Position numbers and translations under genes: made by a program. A DNA stretch of 64,000 nt from Squalus acanthias (Eukaryota), in NCBI GenBank assembly GCA_030390025.1, contig CM059432.1, positions 40,922,001 to 40,986,000 on the forward strand, written 5' to 3'. Shown one piece after another: positions 1 to 13,800 of this stretch. How positions within the stretch are numbered: the stretch's first letter is position 1; each line of letters begins with the position of its first letter. The notes beneath the pieces are model-generated. The model was not told where the DNA came from. It did not search any database and worked only from the letters and a program-made list of their open reading frames with translations.

Positions 1-324
1 AGACTCTTAAACATGGTAATAGATTTCTGTGCATGTCAAACACCCAGGCAACCCAAAAGAAAATGATCAGTATATTTGGTTGTGGTTTGTTTAATGTATT
101 TGATTTCCTTTGAACGTTCTGTCAAATTATAGCTTTATATAATGAAAGATTTTCTAGAATGTGAAATATTTTAGAAACTGTACCATTGGCAATTATTCCT
201 AATATATATTTAGAATTTTGTTGTGGACTACTCCAGGTGAATTAGATCATGTGGGAAATAGTAATTAACTTGATGACAATTGTCTGCTGTATCTGGCTGA
301 ATTACAGTTACAGTGTGCTACTCC

Positions 325-815
325 CTTGATGGCTCAGCTGCTAGGGCAGTGAGTACTTGAGCCATATGGAAGGGCTCATGTTAGATCCTCAGTCTATGCT
401 GAATTAGCTGATGCATAGCAATACAATACGGAAACAGGCCATTTGGCCAAACCAGTCTGTGTCGTTGTTTACCCTCTACGCGAGCAAATAGTTCAAATCA
501 CATTTACCCACCTTGTTCCCATATCCCTTCAACTCTCTTTTCCTTCAACTGCCTATCCAATCTATGGTGCGGTGGCAGGATTGGCATCATTGCCCTTGGA
601 TTAGGTAGGTGAAAATTGGCCAGCGTTCTTGTTATCCAGCACCCCTTGTTGGGAGTGTATGTGTGTGGAGGATGTTGGATGAGGGCAGGATGAAGCTCAG
701 TTGTCTTCTGCAGTCAGATAGTGTGCTGACACGCAATGGTGAAATGGGTGAGGTAGCTGATGGCATCCAGTGCCTGGAGAACCTAACAAGGAGTCGATGC
801 CTTAGGAGGAAGAAG
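325..815 (+). mobile_element. Old tRNA-head SINE (here called family X), split by a CR1 fragment
   Basis: tggctcag A-box-like head and tgctgaattagctgat core motif; parts of the family recur at about 880-1264(-), 5950-6300(-), 12300-12470(-), 16080-16290(+), 34040-34120(+), 45770-46100(+) and 46730-47115(-). Confidence 0.55.
415..563 (-). mobile_element. CR1 LINE 3' end fragment
   Basis: Reverse complement of the CR1 3'UTR stem-loop (ggccaaatggcctgtttcc); similar copy at 35005-35405. Confidence 0.65.
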
Positions 816-879
816 AGAAAATAATGGGAAACAAGGAAAGAAAAAGTATTGGACTATGTTGTAGCTTAAGTCACTCAGT

Positions 880-1264
880 ACAAAAATTCCACCCCCCACA
901 TTTTTTTTTAATCAGGATGTTTCCATTATATACAGACATTTTAACTTTTGCCATTTGCTCTCCTGATGGTGACATGCTAGGGCACTGTGGCCCATTACAT
1001 AAGTGGTCATTCTTCATGTGTGACCCTGGACAGTGGGTGTCAGCAGGCTGTTTGACCATGAGGTGTATCACAGCTGAGCCTGCACCTAATGTCAAATGTG
1101 CATTTCTTTGCAGGGATCTTACTGAATATTTTTTCTTCTTCCTTTGCCTGGAGATGTTAAAATTAGTTATTGTGCTCCTATAGTGTTCAGGTAACTCAGG
1201 TTTGATCCCTAGATCTATGCTAATATTCTCTTCGTCTGACAATATTGCGTTTATTCACTGAGCC
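880..1264 (-). mobile_element. Family X SINE copy, inverted relative to 325-815
   Basis: gtgtcagcaggctgtttgaccat...cacagctgagcc is antiparallel to the + copy; ends cactgagcca. Confidence 0.5.
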
Positions 1265-1545
1265 AACTGTTTAGTTTGTTCTGGGCAAGAGTGGTTGATT
1301 TATTGAACGCGAATCCTATTTGCACATAATTGGTGAGTAATATCCAGCATGGAGCAGATTTGACCGAGTTTGGGAGTTAACCCTGATAAAATATTAGTAA
1401 TAAATATAGGTAACTTGGGTTCCATTTTACAGCATTACACCATTTTAAGTTACAGAAATACTTTAAGACGATGTAGAGTTTTTCAGAAAAAAACTCTAGC
1501 ATTTATTGGAGGTTTCTATTTCCTGCCATTGAGTCAAAAAATTAT

Positions 1546-2322
1546 TGCCCAGAATTTTCTGAAAAATAATGGCATGTGAACGACGCACGCCGTTATTAAT
1601 GGGCAAATTAGCCAGCAGCTTGTGGCGAGGAAGAAATAACCTATGAATTGCGAATCGCCACAAGCTGCTGGTCGATTTGCACCGCTCCGCCGTTAGCTTC
1701 GCGTAAACGGCATCACGCCCTTAACCACCCCATGATTTTCATGCAGTTGCTGTATTTGCACATTAATTGCCCATTAAATGGGCTACAGAAAGCGAAGTCT
1801 AGTAATTAATAGCATAAATACCCTTTTGATGACGTGATAGTTGTTAATTGCCAATCAATCTCTCTCGCCTAGAAAGTGAACGATTAAAAGTGTGGAGTGT
1901 GGAGTCTTATTCCTTCAGGTAGTGAGTTGCTTTGGAGATTTTAAAAATATCAAATTTTAGAATGTTTTTCTTTCTTTTCCTTTCTGTCTCTAACTCTCTC
2001 TCTCTCTCTCTCAATCCAGTCTTACTTTCCCTCTCTTTTTCTTTCTCTACCTGATTTTGACATTGAATTCACACACTCTAAATCGCCCTCTTTCTCAGTC
2101 CTTCCTCTGATTATTTCTCAATCCTTAAATCTCATTGGTTAAGGAGATATACAGTCCTGTTAATCACCAGGGTCTCAGATGCCCTGTTACCCTCACTGCG
2201 CCATGATCAGCCCGCACTTCCAGCAACTTTGTGGGAAAAACATTTTTGAGCTGAAAGGTGCAGGAAAAAGTCTAACTAACAGGGCACGCCATGAGATGCC
2301 CCGCTCCAGAAAATTCTGGGCC
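1546..2322. mobile_element. PIF/Harbinger-type MITE, copy 1
   Basis: Perfect 15-bp TIR gcccagaattttctg (1547-1561) / cagaaaattctgggc (2307-2321); 3-bp TSD tat/tat; no ORF. Confidence 0.85.
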
Positions 2323-2909
2323 TATGTTTGGTAGTACCAGTAAATTACTCTTATCTACTGTGCAATACAGTACAAACTGACAAACTAATGTGCAGAGTTA
2401 GATGAGTAAATTTGCATGACATCCAAATCAAAAAATTGCAGAATTACTGGACTGCACAATCACTAGATGGCTTATTTATAAGTGAAATGCTTTGTTCTTT
2501 AAGGGAAAGTGTATGCCACTGTAATATAAAATATACTCCCTCGAATTATACTTTTGTGATTTATAATTATTTATCTCCCTTACCAGCACAATGTCGAGTC
2601 CTTGTGGAGATTTCCAGTTTCATGTTGGGTGGGGGACATTATATGCTTTCAAATGGCATCAGTGAGTACTTGATTTGACTCGGCAGGAATCCGTATGCTG
2701 GAAGCAGGATATTAAATAATGAATAGCATTTTTATATTGCAGAATCACTTCAAAAAGCAGTTCAGCACTAATGCCTCAGAGCTGCAGTGCTGTGCAATCC
2801 ACTTTACTTGTATTGTAGGTTGATGCAACAGAAAAAGATGTGCGTTAACAATTATTTTTAAGTTGCAATTTTGTGAGGGAATGTTTTATATAAATAATCC
2901 CCGATCCTC

Positions 2910-5182
2910 ATGAGAAATAAGGGCAGGAGTAGGCCATACGGCCCCTCGAGCCTGCTCCGCCATTCAATAAGATCATGGCTGAACTTTGACCTCAGCTCCA
3001 CTTTCCCGCACGATCTCCATATCCCTTGATTCCCCTAGAGTCCAAAAATCTATCTATCTTAGCCTTGAATATACTCAAAGACTCAGCATTCACAGCCCTC
3101 TGGGGCAGAGAATTCCAAAGATTCACAACCCTCTGAGTGAAGAAATTCCTCATCTCAGTCTTAAATGGCCTACCCCTTATCCTGAGACTATGCCCCCGAG
3201 TTCTAGACACTCCAGCCAGGGGAAACAACCTCTCAGCATCTACCCTGTCAATCCCCTTCAGAATCGTGTATGTTTCAATGAGATCACCTCTCATTCTTCT
3301 AAACTCCAGAGAGTATAGGCCCATTCTACACAATCTCTCATCATAGGACAGCCCTCTCATCCCAGGAATCAATGTAGTGAACCTTCGTTGCACTGCCTCC
3401 AAGGCAAGTATATCCTTCCTTAGATAAGGAGACCAAAACTGTGCATAGTACTCCAGGTGTGGTCTCACCAAGGCCCTGTACAATTGTATCAAGACTTCCT
3501 TACTCTTATACTCCAACCTCCTTGCAATAAAGGCCAACATGCCATTTGCCTTCCTTATTGCTTGCTGTACCTGCATGCTAGCTTTCTTTGTTTCTTGCAC
3601 GAGGACACACAAATCTCTCTGAACACCAACATTTGAAAGTTTCTCACCATTTAAAAAATATTCTGTTTTTTGTTTTTTCCTACCAAAGTGAATAACCTCA
3701 CATTTCCCTACATTATACTCCATCTGCCACCTTACTGCCCACTCACTTAGTCTATCTATATCCCTTTGCAGACTCTTTGTGTTTGTCTCACAGCTTACTG
3801 TCCCACCTAGCTTTGTATCATCAGCAAACTTGGATACATTACACTCGGTCCCTTCATCTAGGTCATTAATACAGATTGTAAATAGCTGAGGCCCCAACAC
3901 TGATCCTTGCAGCACCCCACTAGTTACAGCCTGCCAACCTGAAAAAGATCTGTTTATCCCTAGTCTCTGTTTTCTGTCCGTTAACCAATCCTCTATCCAT
4001 GCTACTATATTACCTCCAACCCCATGAGCCCTAATCTTGTGTAATAACCTTGTATGTGGCACCTTATCGAATGCCTTTTGGAAATCCAAATATACTACAT
4101 CCACTAGTTCCCCCTATCTACCCTGCGAGTTACATCCTCAAAAAACTCTAATAAATTTGTCAAATACGATTTCCCTTTCATAAAACCATGTTGACTCTGC
4201 CTAATCATGGTATGATTTTCTAAGTGACTTGATACCACTTCCTTAACAATGGATTCCAGCATTTTCCCGATGACTGATGTCAGGCTAACTGGCCTGTAGT
4301 TCGCTGTTTTTTCTCTCCCTCCTTTCTTGAATAGTGGTGTTATATTTGCGACCTTCCAATCCGCTGGGACCATTCTAGAATCTAGGGAATTTTGGAAGAT
4401 CAAAACCAATGCATCCACTATCTCTTCAGCCACCTCTTTTAGAACCCTAGGATGTAGGCCGTCAGGTCCAGGAGATGTGTCGGCTTTTAGTCCCATTAGT
4501 TTCTCTAGTACTTTTTCTCTACTTATATTAATTACGTTAAGTTCCTCACCCTCATTAGACCCTTGGTTCCCCACCATTTTTGATATGCTTTTTGTGTCTT
4601 CTACTGTAAAGACAGATACAAAATATTTGTTTAGAGTTTCTGTCATTTCCTTATTCTCCATAATAATTTCTCCTGTCTCAGCCTCTAAGGGACCAACGTT
4701 TACTTTTGCTACTCTTTTCCTTTTTACATACTTGTAGAAACTCTTACAATCTGCTTTTATATTTCTTGCTAGTTTTCTCATTCTATTTTTTACCTTTTCA
4801 TCAATTTTTTGGTCAACCTTTGCTGGTTTCTGAAACTCTCCCAATCCTCAGGCTTACTATTATTCTTTGCAACATTATAAGCTGCTTCTTTCAATCTAAT
4901 GCTATCCTTAACTTCTTTAGTTAGCCACGGTTGGATCACTTTTCCCGTGGAGTTTTTGTTTCTCAATGGAATGTATTTTTGTTGAGAATTATGAAATATT
5001 TCTTTAAATGCTAGCCACTGCTTATCTACCGCCATACCTTTTAATCTATTTTTCCAATCTACCGTAGCCAACTCGCCCCTCATACCTATGTAATTGGCTT
5101 TATTTAAGTTTAAGACTCTAGTTTTGGACTTAGGCATGTCACTCTCAAAAGTAATGTGAAATTCTATCATATTATGATCACC
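2910..5182 (-). mobile_element. CR1 LINE, 5'-truncated, frameshifted ORF2 (reverse transcriptase)
   Basis: ORFs 4790..5272, 4104..4844 and 2992..4104 carry NYRPVSLTS, YLDFQKAFDKVPH, QGSVLGP and FADD motifs; CR1 3'UTR at about 2910-2990. Confidence 0.95.
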
Positions 5183-5949
5183 ATTTAAAATTTCATAATA
5201 TCCTTCCACCTTTGCACCTCCACTATTCACCAATGGCTTTGTGTGTTCTATTAAACATTCTCCCTCCTCCAAATCACAGGAGGATCACTGGCAATTTATC
5301 AGCTCAATTTGTACATATCCGTATACTCACCAGTAATGTTCCCAACTAGAAATTCAGTTCCTTTTTGAAGGAGTTAATCAATTCAGCCTCAGCTGTTTTT
5401 ATTGAATCTGTTCTATCCATCCATCACTGAGTAAAAAGTTTCTTTTAATCTGTGATCTCACTTCAAGGTTGTTAATTTCAAACCCATGGCATCTAGTTTT
5501 GTGCTTACAGCTTAAGTCAAAGAGCTTGTTTAAATTATCCAGCGTTCTCAGCATCTTGAAGACCTAAATCGTATTTCTATTCAGTCTTTGTTACGTGGGC
5601 ATATAGAATGTGCTTTTTGAAAATGTGTCTGCAACTTACTTTTATTTTAAAAACCACAATTATCATTTTTTTCCCCCATGTTTACTCCCATTACTCCTTT
5701 CCTCACCAGAGTGGTTACTCATTCTGGTATTTGATTCCTTGGGACAGCAGTAGTCATTCCCATTGTACCTTGTCCAAGTGTCCATTTTACCTGTAAGATT
5801 AGATCGTGAGTATGGGACTTTCAATTATGGGTGATCACACAACTGAGTCAAAACTTTGGTAACCAAATAGACGTTGCATCTGTTATCACAGTTGTTCAAC
5901 TGAACTATCCACAAATATTTCAGCTCATACTTTTACTTTCCTGGACAAT

Positions 5950-6300
5950 CATCTTTTCCTCCTCCCCCAGCCCAAAGGTAATAGCTTAATCTTCGAGTAC
6001 AATTCTTTGAACACTGGTCACCTTCAGTAGCCCAAGTACTCAGTTGTAAGTCTTGACAGAGTGCTGGCAGACTTTTTAACATAACAGCTGAGCCTGATTG
6101 TATTCTCATCTGACACCCACACACCACACTTCCAGCAAGAGTGACTGACTGGATAGTAAACAAAGAGTGGGAACACTGGCCAAATTTCTTCTCTAACTCA
6201 GGGACAATGCAGACTGCACCCCTCTCCAAGTGGAGAGCAGCTAACTCAATATAGGCCTGCGATGGAACTTCGGGCATTCCAGTTTGTGTTGCTTAGTCAG
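5950..6300 (-). mobile_element. Family X SINE copy
   Basis: cagctaactcaatataggcc and cagctgagcctgattgtattctcatctgacac are antiparallel to the family motifs. Confidence 0.55.
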
Positions 6301-6366
6301 GTTCTAAATATCTCCAAATCTTGGGGTAACTGCTCAGGGCACTAAGGAATGGTGAGGTATAGGGTT

Positions 6367-9300
6367 AAGAAAGAACATAAGAAATAGGAGCAGGAGTAGG
6401 CCATTCGGCCCTTCGAGCCTGCTCCGCCATTCAATAAGATCATGGCTGATCTGATCTTGACCTCAACTCCGCTTTTCTGCCTGTTCCCCATAACCCTTGA
6501 CTCCCCTGTAGTTCAAAAAGCTGTCTATCTCAGCCTTGAATATATTCAATGACTCCGCCTCCACAGCTCTCTGGGGTAGAGAATTCCAAAGATTCATGAC
6601 CCTCTGACAGAAGAAATTCCTCCTCATCTCCGTCTTAAATGGGTGACACCCTTATTCTGAACTATGCCCCCTCGTTCTAGATTCCCCCACAAGGGGAAAC
6701 ATCCTCTCAGCATCTACCCTGTCGAGCCCCCTCAGAATTTTACATGTTTCAATAAGAACACTTCTCATTCTTCTAAACGCCAATGAGTATAGGCCCAACC
6801 TGCTCAACCTTTCCTCATAAGACAACTCCTTTATACCAGGAATCAACACTGCCTCCAATGCAAGTATATCCCTCTTTAAATAAGGAGACCGAAACTGTAC
6901 GCAGTACTCTAGGTGTGGTCTCACCAACGCCCTGTACAGTTGTAGCAAGACTTCCCTACTTTTATACTACACCCCTTTTGCAATAAAGGCCAACATTCCA
7001 TTTGCGTTCCTAATTACTTGCTGTACCTGCATGCTAACTTTTTGTGTTTCATGTACGAGGACACCCAGATCCCTCTGTACCGCAGCATTCTGTAGTCTCT
7101 CTCCATTTAAATAATATTTTGCTTTTCTTTTCTTCCTACTAAAGTGGATTACCTCACATTTTCCCACATTATACTCCATCTGCTAAATTTTTGCCCATTC
7201 ACTTAACCTATCTATATCCCTTTGCAGACTCTTTGTGTCCTCCTCACAACTTGCTTTCTCACCTATCTTTGTATCATCAGCAAATTTGGCTACAGTACAC
7301 TCGGTCCCTTCATCCAAGTCATTAATACAGATTGTAAATAGTTGAGACCCCAGCACTGATCCCTGTGGCACCCCACTAGGTTGCCAACCTGAAAATGACC
7401 CATTTATCCCACTCTCTGTTTCCTGTTAGTTAACCAATCCTCTATCCATGCTAATATATTACCCCCAACACCATGAGATCTTATCTTGTGCAGTAACCTT
7501 TTATGTGGCACCTTATCGAATGCCTTTTGGAAATCCAAATACACTACATCTACTGGTTCCCCTTTATCCACCCTGCTCTTCACATCCTCAAAGAACCCTA
7601 ATAAATTTGTCAAACACTGTTTCCCTTTCATAAAACCATGTTGACTCTGCTTGATTGTATTATGATTTTCTAAATGTCCTGCTACTACTTCCTTAATAAT
7701 GGATTCCAGCATTTTCCCAATGACAGATGTTAGGCTAACTGGCCTGTAGTTTCCTGCTTTCTGTTTTCCTCCTTTCTTGACTATGGGCGTTACATTTGCG
7801 ATTTTCCAATCTGCTGGGTCCTTTCCAGAGTCTAGAGAATTTTGGAAGATTACAACCAATGCATCCACTATCACTGCAGCCACTTCTTTTAAGACCCGAG
7901 GATGCAGGCCATCAGGTCCAGGGGACTTGTCAGCCTTTAGTCCCATTAGTTTGCCTTGTACTTTTTCTCTCATGATAGTGATTGTTTTAAGTTCCTCCCT
8001 CCCTTTTGCCCCTTGATTTTCCACTATTATTGGGATGCTTTTAGTGTTTTCTACCGTGAAGACCGATACAAAATATTTGTTCAAAGTCTCTGCCATTTCC
8101 TTGTTTCCCATTATTAATTCCCCAGTCTCATCCTCTAGGGGACCAATGTTTACTTTAGCTACTCTCTTCCTTTTTATATACTTGTAGAAGCTCTTACTGT
8201 CTTTGTTTATATTTCTTGCTAGTTTACTCTCATAATCTATTTTCTCCCTCTTATTTTTTTAGTCATCCTTTGCAAGTTTCTAAAAATTTCCCAATCTCTG
8301 GCCTACCAAGAATCTTCACAACATTGTATGCCTTTTCTTTCAATTTGAGACCCCCCTTAACTTCCTTAATAAGCCACGGATGGTTCATCCTTATCGTAGT
8401 CTTTCTTTCTCACTGGAATATATCTTTGTTGAGAGTTATGAAATATCTCTTTAAAAGTCTGCCACTGCTTATCTACCATCTTACCTTTTAATCTATTTTC
8501 CCAGTCCACTTTAGCCAACTCTGTCTTCATACCCTTGTAATTGCCTTCATTTAAGTTTAAGACACTAGTTTCAGACCCAAGTTTCTCACCCTCAGAATTT
8601 CACATTCACATTCACATGTTATGATCACTCTTCCCGAGAGGATCCTTTACTATCAGATCATTAATTAATCCTGTCTCATTACACATTACCAGATCTAAAA
8701 TAGCCTGTTGCCTGGTTGGTTCCACAATGTGTTGTTCTAAGTAACTGTCCTGAATACACTCTATGAACTCGTCCCCAAGGCTACCGTTGCCAATTTGATT
8801 TGTCCAATCGATATGAAGATTAAAATCGCCCACGATTATTGCAGTACCTTTCTTACAAGCCCCTTACGAAACTTACAAGCTCCTTACGAAGTAACAGGGA
8901 GGATTGATGAAGGGAATGCAATGGATGTTGTCTACATGAATTTTAGGAAGGCATTTGACAAAGTACCACATAGAAGGCTGGTTAACAAAATTGAGGCTCA
9001 TGGAAGAGGTGGGTCAGTGGCAGCTTGGATAAGGAATTGACTTAAGGATAGAAAACAGCGAGTTGTGGTAAATGGCTGTTTTTCAGACTGGAGGATGATA
9101 GACAGTGCTGTTCCCCAAGGGTCAGTGCTGGGGCCACTGCTTTTTTATATATATATATATATATCTCTCCTGGATATTGGAATACAGAGTAGAATTTCTA
9201 AATTTGCTGATGACACCAAACTTGGGGGTGTGGCAAACAGTGAGGATGATACCAATCGACTGCAGCAGGACATAGGCTAGCAGAATGGGCAGACAAATGG

Positions 9301-10324
9301 CAGATGGAATTTAATACAGAGAAGTGTGAGGTGATGCATTTTGGCAGAACGAACAGGAAGAGGCAATATACACTTAATGTCACAGTTTTAAAGAGTGTGC
9401 AGGGACAGAGTGACCTGGGAGTTAATGTGCGTAGTTCCCTGAAGGTGGTGGGACATATTGAGAGAGTGGTTAGCAAAGCATATGGGATCTTGGGCTTCAT
9501 AAATAGAGGTATTGAGTACAAAAGTAGAGAAGTTATACTGAACATTTATAAAGCGCTGGTTAGGCCACAACTGGAGTATTGCGTCCAGTTCTGGTCACCA
9601 CACTTTAGGAAGGATGTGAAGGCCCTTGAGAGGGTGCAGAGGAGATTTACCAGAATGGTTCCGGGGATGGGGGATCTTAGCTACAAGAACAGGTTGGAGA
9701 AGCTGGATTTGTTTTCAGTGGAGCAAAGGAGGTTGAGGGGTGATTTGATAGAGGTGTACAAGATTATGACGGGTTTGGATAGGCTAGACTGGGAATGGCT
9801 GTTCCCACTAATTGATGGTACAAGGACTAGGGGACAGAGATTTAAAGTTTTGGGCAAGAGATACAGGGGGGTGGGGGGGGATGTGTGGAAAAACTTTTTT
9901 ATGCAGCGAGTGGTGAGGACCTGGAACTTGCTGCCGACGAAAGTGGTGGTAACGAAGACACTCAATGTTTTCAAGGAGAGACTGGATAGGCACTTGAGGG
10001 AAATAAACTTGCAGGGCTACGGGGATAGAGCGGGGGAATGGGACTGACTGAATTGCTCCATAGAGAGCTGGCACGGACTCGATGGGCCGAATGGCCTCCT
10101 ATGCCGTTATGACACTATGACTCACATTATTTCTTGATTTATACTCTGTCCCACAGTGTAGCTACTGTTAGGGGGCCTATAAACTACTCCCAGCAGTGAC
10201 TTCTTTCCCTTATTATTTCTTAACTCCACCCAAACTGATTCTACATCTTGATCATCCAAGCCAAGATCATTTCTCAGTACTGTACTGATCACATCCTTTA
10301 TTAACAGAGCTACCCCACCTTCTT
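6367..10324 (-). mobile_element. CR1 LINE (endonuclease part to 3'UTR), interrupted at about 8864-10122 by another CR1
   Basis: APE motifs (VESVWVELRN, GVVYRPP, MGDFNLH, GKSDH) at 10122-10324 and 8612-8833; RT fragments 6652-8111; sequence is continuous across the insertion (acaagcccc / cattatttcttg). Confidence 0.93.
8864..10122 (+). mobile_element. CR1 LINE of a second subfamily, 5'-truncated, nested antiparallel
   Basis: RT ORFs 8795..9040, 9065..9280 (FADD) and 9304..10047; 3' end gatgggccgaatggcctcct with a tatgac-type tail. Confidence 0.93.
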
Positions 10325-10763
10325 CATTCCCTTGCATTATTGTTTCCATCTCAGCCATTTTGCAGGGATAAGTCAAGTGAAGGCCAGATACCCCTTTGTA
10401 AGGAAAGAAACTGAGGGACAGTTTCCCAGGCCTCCCATATGTTTGTCCCAAAGGCTATCTCAACAGCATCTGACTCTTGGTCAGTCAGTGTGTTGCCTGG
10501 AGAATTGTATGCAGGTCGCTAGGAAGAGTAGAGAGCAATTTCATACAAAAGATTAATAAATTTGGATGGCACAAGTATTTATTTTCAGATTTCCTATAAT
10601 GTATTGTGTGAGAACAGTGGAATGTGCGCATTCTGTGCATGTGTAAATCTTACACCTCCAGTATGTCAACATGGAAAAATGTACCTATGTAAAATTTTAG
10701 AATTGGAATTCAAATTCAAAAAACATACTTACACGCTTTTTCTTCTGTAATTTTATTTTCTAG

Positions 10764-10879
10764 CAAAACACACATGTGGATGTAGTTCGCTTTCCTTGTG
10801 TGGTTTACATAAATGAAGTTCGTGTCATTCCTCCTGGAGTCAAAGCTCACAATAGCTTGCCCGACAGCAGAGCATATGG
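10764..10879 (+). CDS. VIRMA: VIRMA exon 2 ([39 protein letters not shown])
   Basis: ttttctag acceptor, GG|gtaagt donor, 116 bp; VIR_N domain sequence. Confidence 0.96.
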
Positions 10880-13800
10880 GTAAGTGAGGTGGGGAGGGTG
10901 GGGCGGGGGGTGGAGGATAGCCGTATGCTTTCTTTAAAGCAATTTAAGTCTTTGAATGTAATTGACAGGATATGTTTGTATCTAAAATAAGGTGCAGGCA
11001 TGTAATAATCTTTGATCAAATTGCTGTTTGACTAACACAAAGGGAAAAGTTTACTTTGAATTATTTTATGATATATATGCACACAAACAGAACAAAGTAC
11101 TACTTCAGGTTTATGGTGTAAACTCCCTGGATTAGAATGTAGTGTTTTGCCTGACAATTGTAATTGTTTAACTTTCCTCAGGGAGACTTCGCCACATGCA
11201 TTTCAGCTAGACCTGTTTTTCAACAATGTCAGCAAACCAAGTGCACCTGTTTTTGACCGATTAGGAAGGTAAGGCTTGTCAAAACTTAAGCCCTGACTGA
11301 AGTGCTACAGCACTGTGAAAGATTGTTTCTACCTTACATTATGAACTTGGACTGAATTAAACACCGATTGCGTTGAGTTTTTTTCCCCATACTGTAATTT
11401 GTCTAAGCTTCAAACTGTCCCACCTAACCTGTTAGAACCATCATCTGAACCGAGCTTTATATAAGGGATTTAAAACAATGCTTTTTTCTTTTTCCCCTTT
11501 CACAACTGCATAAGTGCATTCCACCCAGTTTAGGAGTACAGGTGGACTGCAGTTTATGGTGTGGGTTGTAAGTTTGCTATAACAGGGAAGAGAGGCATTT
11601 CTATAGATCTGTGATCAGATGAGCTTTTATTGATAGGCAAGCTAAAGTGCTGTCTTTCACAAAGAATGAAATTTGCCTCTATCCAAGGATCACAGGATAT
11701 TTTGCCCTTTTAACTTGATAGTAGGAAATATATATTAACGTATATGTGGTCTTTTTACTTCAAGGAATTTGTGTGCCCAATTATAGAGTAACATCACAGC
11801 CAAATCCTCCTTCAGCCATCTTCCTCCCTCAAAAGAAAAACAAGTGCTTTGTCAGATTTCTTGGAAAATTTCAAGAACGGGATACTGTGAACCCAATTAC
11901 ATGAATATGTGATCCATAAATAGCCCACTTGAAAAAATGTCTCCACACTAATCCTTTCCTTATGATTCCCAATGACTTAAATAAATTGAATGGCCTGTTA
12001 AAATGAATTAAACAAAAGAGAACAGCTTGATTTTAGAACACACTTTATTGTAACAGTGGTTTTGCTTTGCTTTTTATCTCTGCCTGTTGCATTTCAGTCA
12101 GCTGTGACATTCCTCCCTGACTCAATCCATCACCTAGCACTCTCCTGATTTTCACCTTCCTTTTGTGGTGATGGGCTTGGCCTCCATATGGAGTCTTCTC
12201 CTCGCCTTTCAGTAGAGATAAGTAGCACTGCAGAGTGTGGCAGGCTGAGAGGAGGAAGAAAGTGAACCTGCATATGTTGCTATGGCATCACTTCAAGCAG
12301 CCTATTTAAACTTTCACTTGTGAACAGTGACTGTCACAGGGCTATTCAATTACAGTGCCCTTACTGCTGCCTAGCTAAGATACGCTAACTTACCACAGAC
12401 AGGCAAGTGAATCTGTGCCTTCCTGATCCCTACGGCTCAGCACACTTGGCACATTTGCTTTCTCAAGTACCAGGAAAGTAACATTCTCTGGATTTTTACA
12501 GTAAAATCTCATTTATTTTGTAAGTGATAAAGAGAGGAGCAGTAAACTTTGTGGAAACAATGTATGAACTCTCAAATTGAAACAGGATGGAATCAAAAGT
12601 TATTAAAATATGGAACCATTTTGATGAACTGATGGTGTATTAGAGAAGTCTCATCCAATGGGGATTGTCTCGTTGACGTATCTTGGATAAATAATTTAGT
12701 AAAGCAATGTTTTAAAGAAATTAAAATCTTATCTTTGATGTTCTCTTGTTTTTCCTCAGCATTGATTATGATGAAAATGCATCTATTATTTTTAGACCAA
12801 ACAGTAAGGTAAGATTTTTTGCATTGCAGATTGTGTTTCGTGGTGCAAGCACTTTTTACAACTTGCATGTTGTTTGTCTTGTCTATATTCCCTTTATTTT
12901 GTAATGTATTTTTCTCCTGCCTTCGATTCCCTGCACTGTCAGTGAATGGACGAGGCAGGTGATCTGCCTTGGCTGCTGAATTGGCTGCCTGAGCTCTGCA
13001 TGATTTGTTCTGCCATTTATTTTCAGATAATTCCGACAGCTTTCAGATAATGCGGGAGATATATTCCTACAGTACCAGCCAAATTTCCCCCTCCAGTGCA
13101 TCAATTTTAATAAAGAACCATTAATTATATTGCTTGCCATTTTACAACAACAACAACTTGTATTTATATAGCACCTTTAACGTAGTAAAACGTCCCAAGG
13201 CGCTGCACAGGAGTATTATAAGACAAAAAATTTGACACCGAGCCACATAAGGATAAATTCGGGCAGGTGACCAAAAGCTTGGTCAAAGAGGTAGGTTTTA
13301 AGGAGCGTCTTAAAGGAGGAAAGAGAGGTAGCGAGGCGGAGAGGTTTAGGCAGGGAATTCCAGAGCTTAGGGCCTAGGCAACAGAAGGCACAGCCACCAG
13401 TGATTGAGCGATTATAATCAGGGATGCTCAAGAGGGCAGAATTAGAGGAGCGCAGATATCTCGGGGGGTGGATGGGGGGGGAGGAGGTTTGTGGGGCTGA
13501 AGGAGATTACAAAGATAAGGAGGGGCGAGGCCATAATGGGATTTGAAAACAAGGATGAGAATTTTGAAATCGAGGCGCTGCTTAACTGGGAGCCAATGTA
13601 GGTCAGCATGCACAGGGGTGATGGGCGAACGGGACTTGGTACGATTTAGGACACGGGCAGCCGAGTTTTGGATGACCTCAAGTTTACGTAGGGTAGAATG
13701 TGGGAGGCCAGCCAGGAGTGCATTGGAATAGTTAAGTCTAGAGGTAACAAAGGCATGGATGAGGGTTTCAGCAGCGAATGAGCTGAAGCAAGGGCAGAGA

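Noticed and set aside
609..1242. Short ORFs of 71-123 aa at the window start
   Set aside because: They overlap decayed SINEs, with no homology or splice support.
2992..4844. Long RT ORFs as an active LINE or host gene
   Set aside because: 5'-truncated and frameshifted at about 4104 and 4800; no intact ORF2 anywhere in the window.
1..10763. VIRMA first coding exon or promoter
   Set aside because: No MAxDSxMELLFLDTFKH-like exon or CpG island seen; the region is intron 1.
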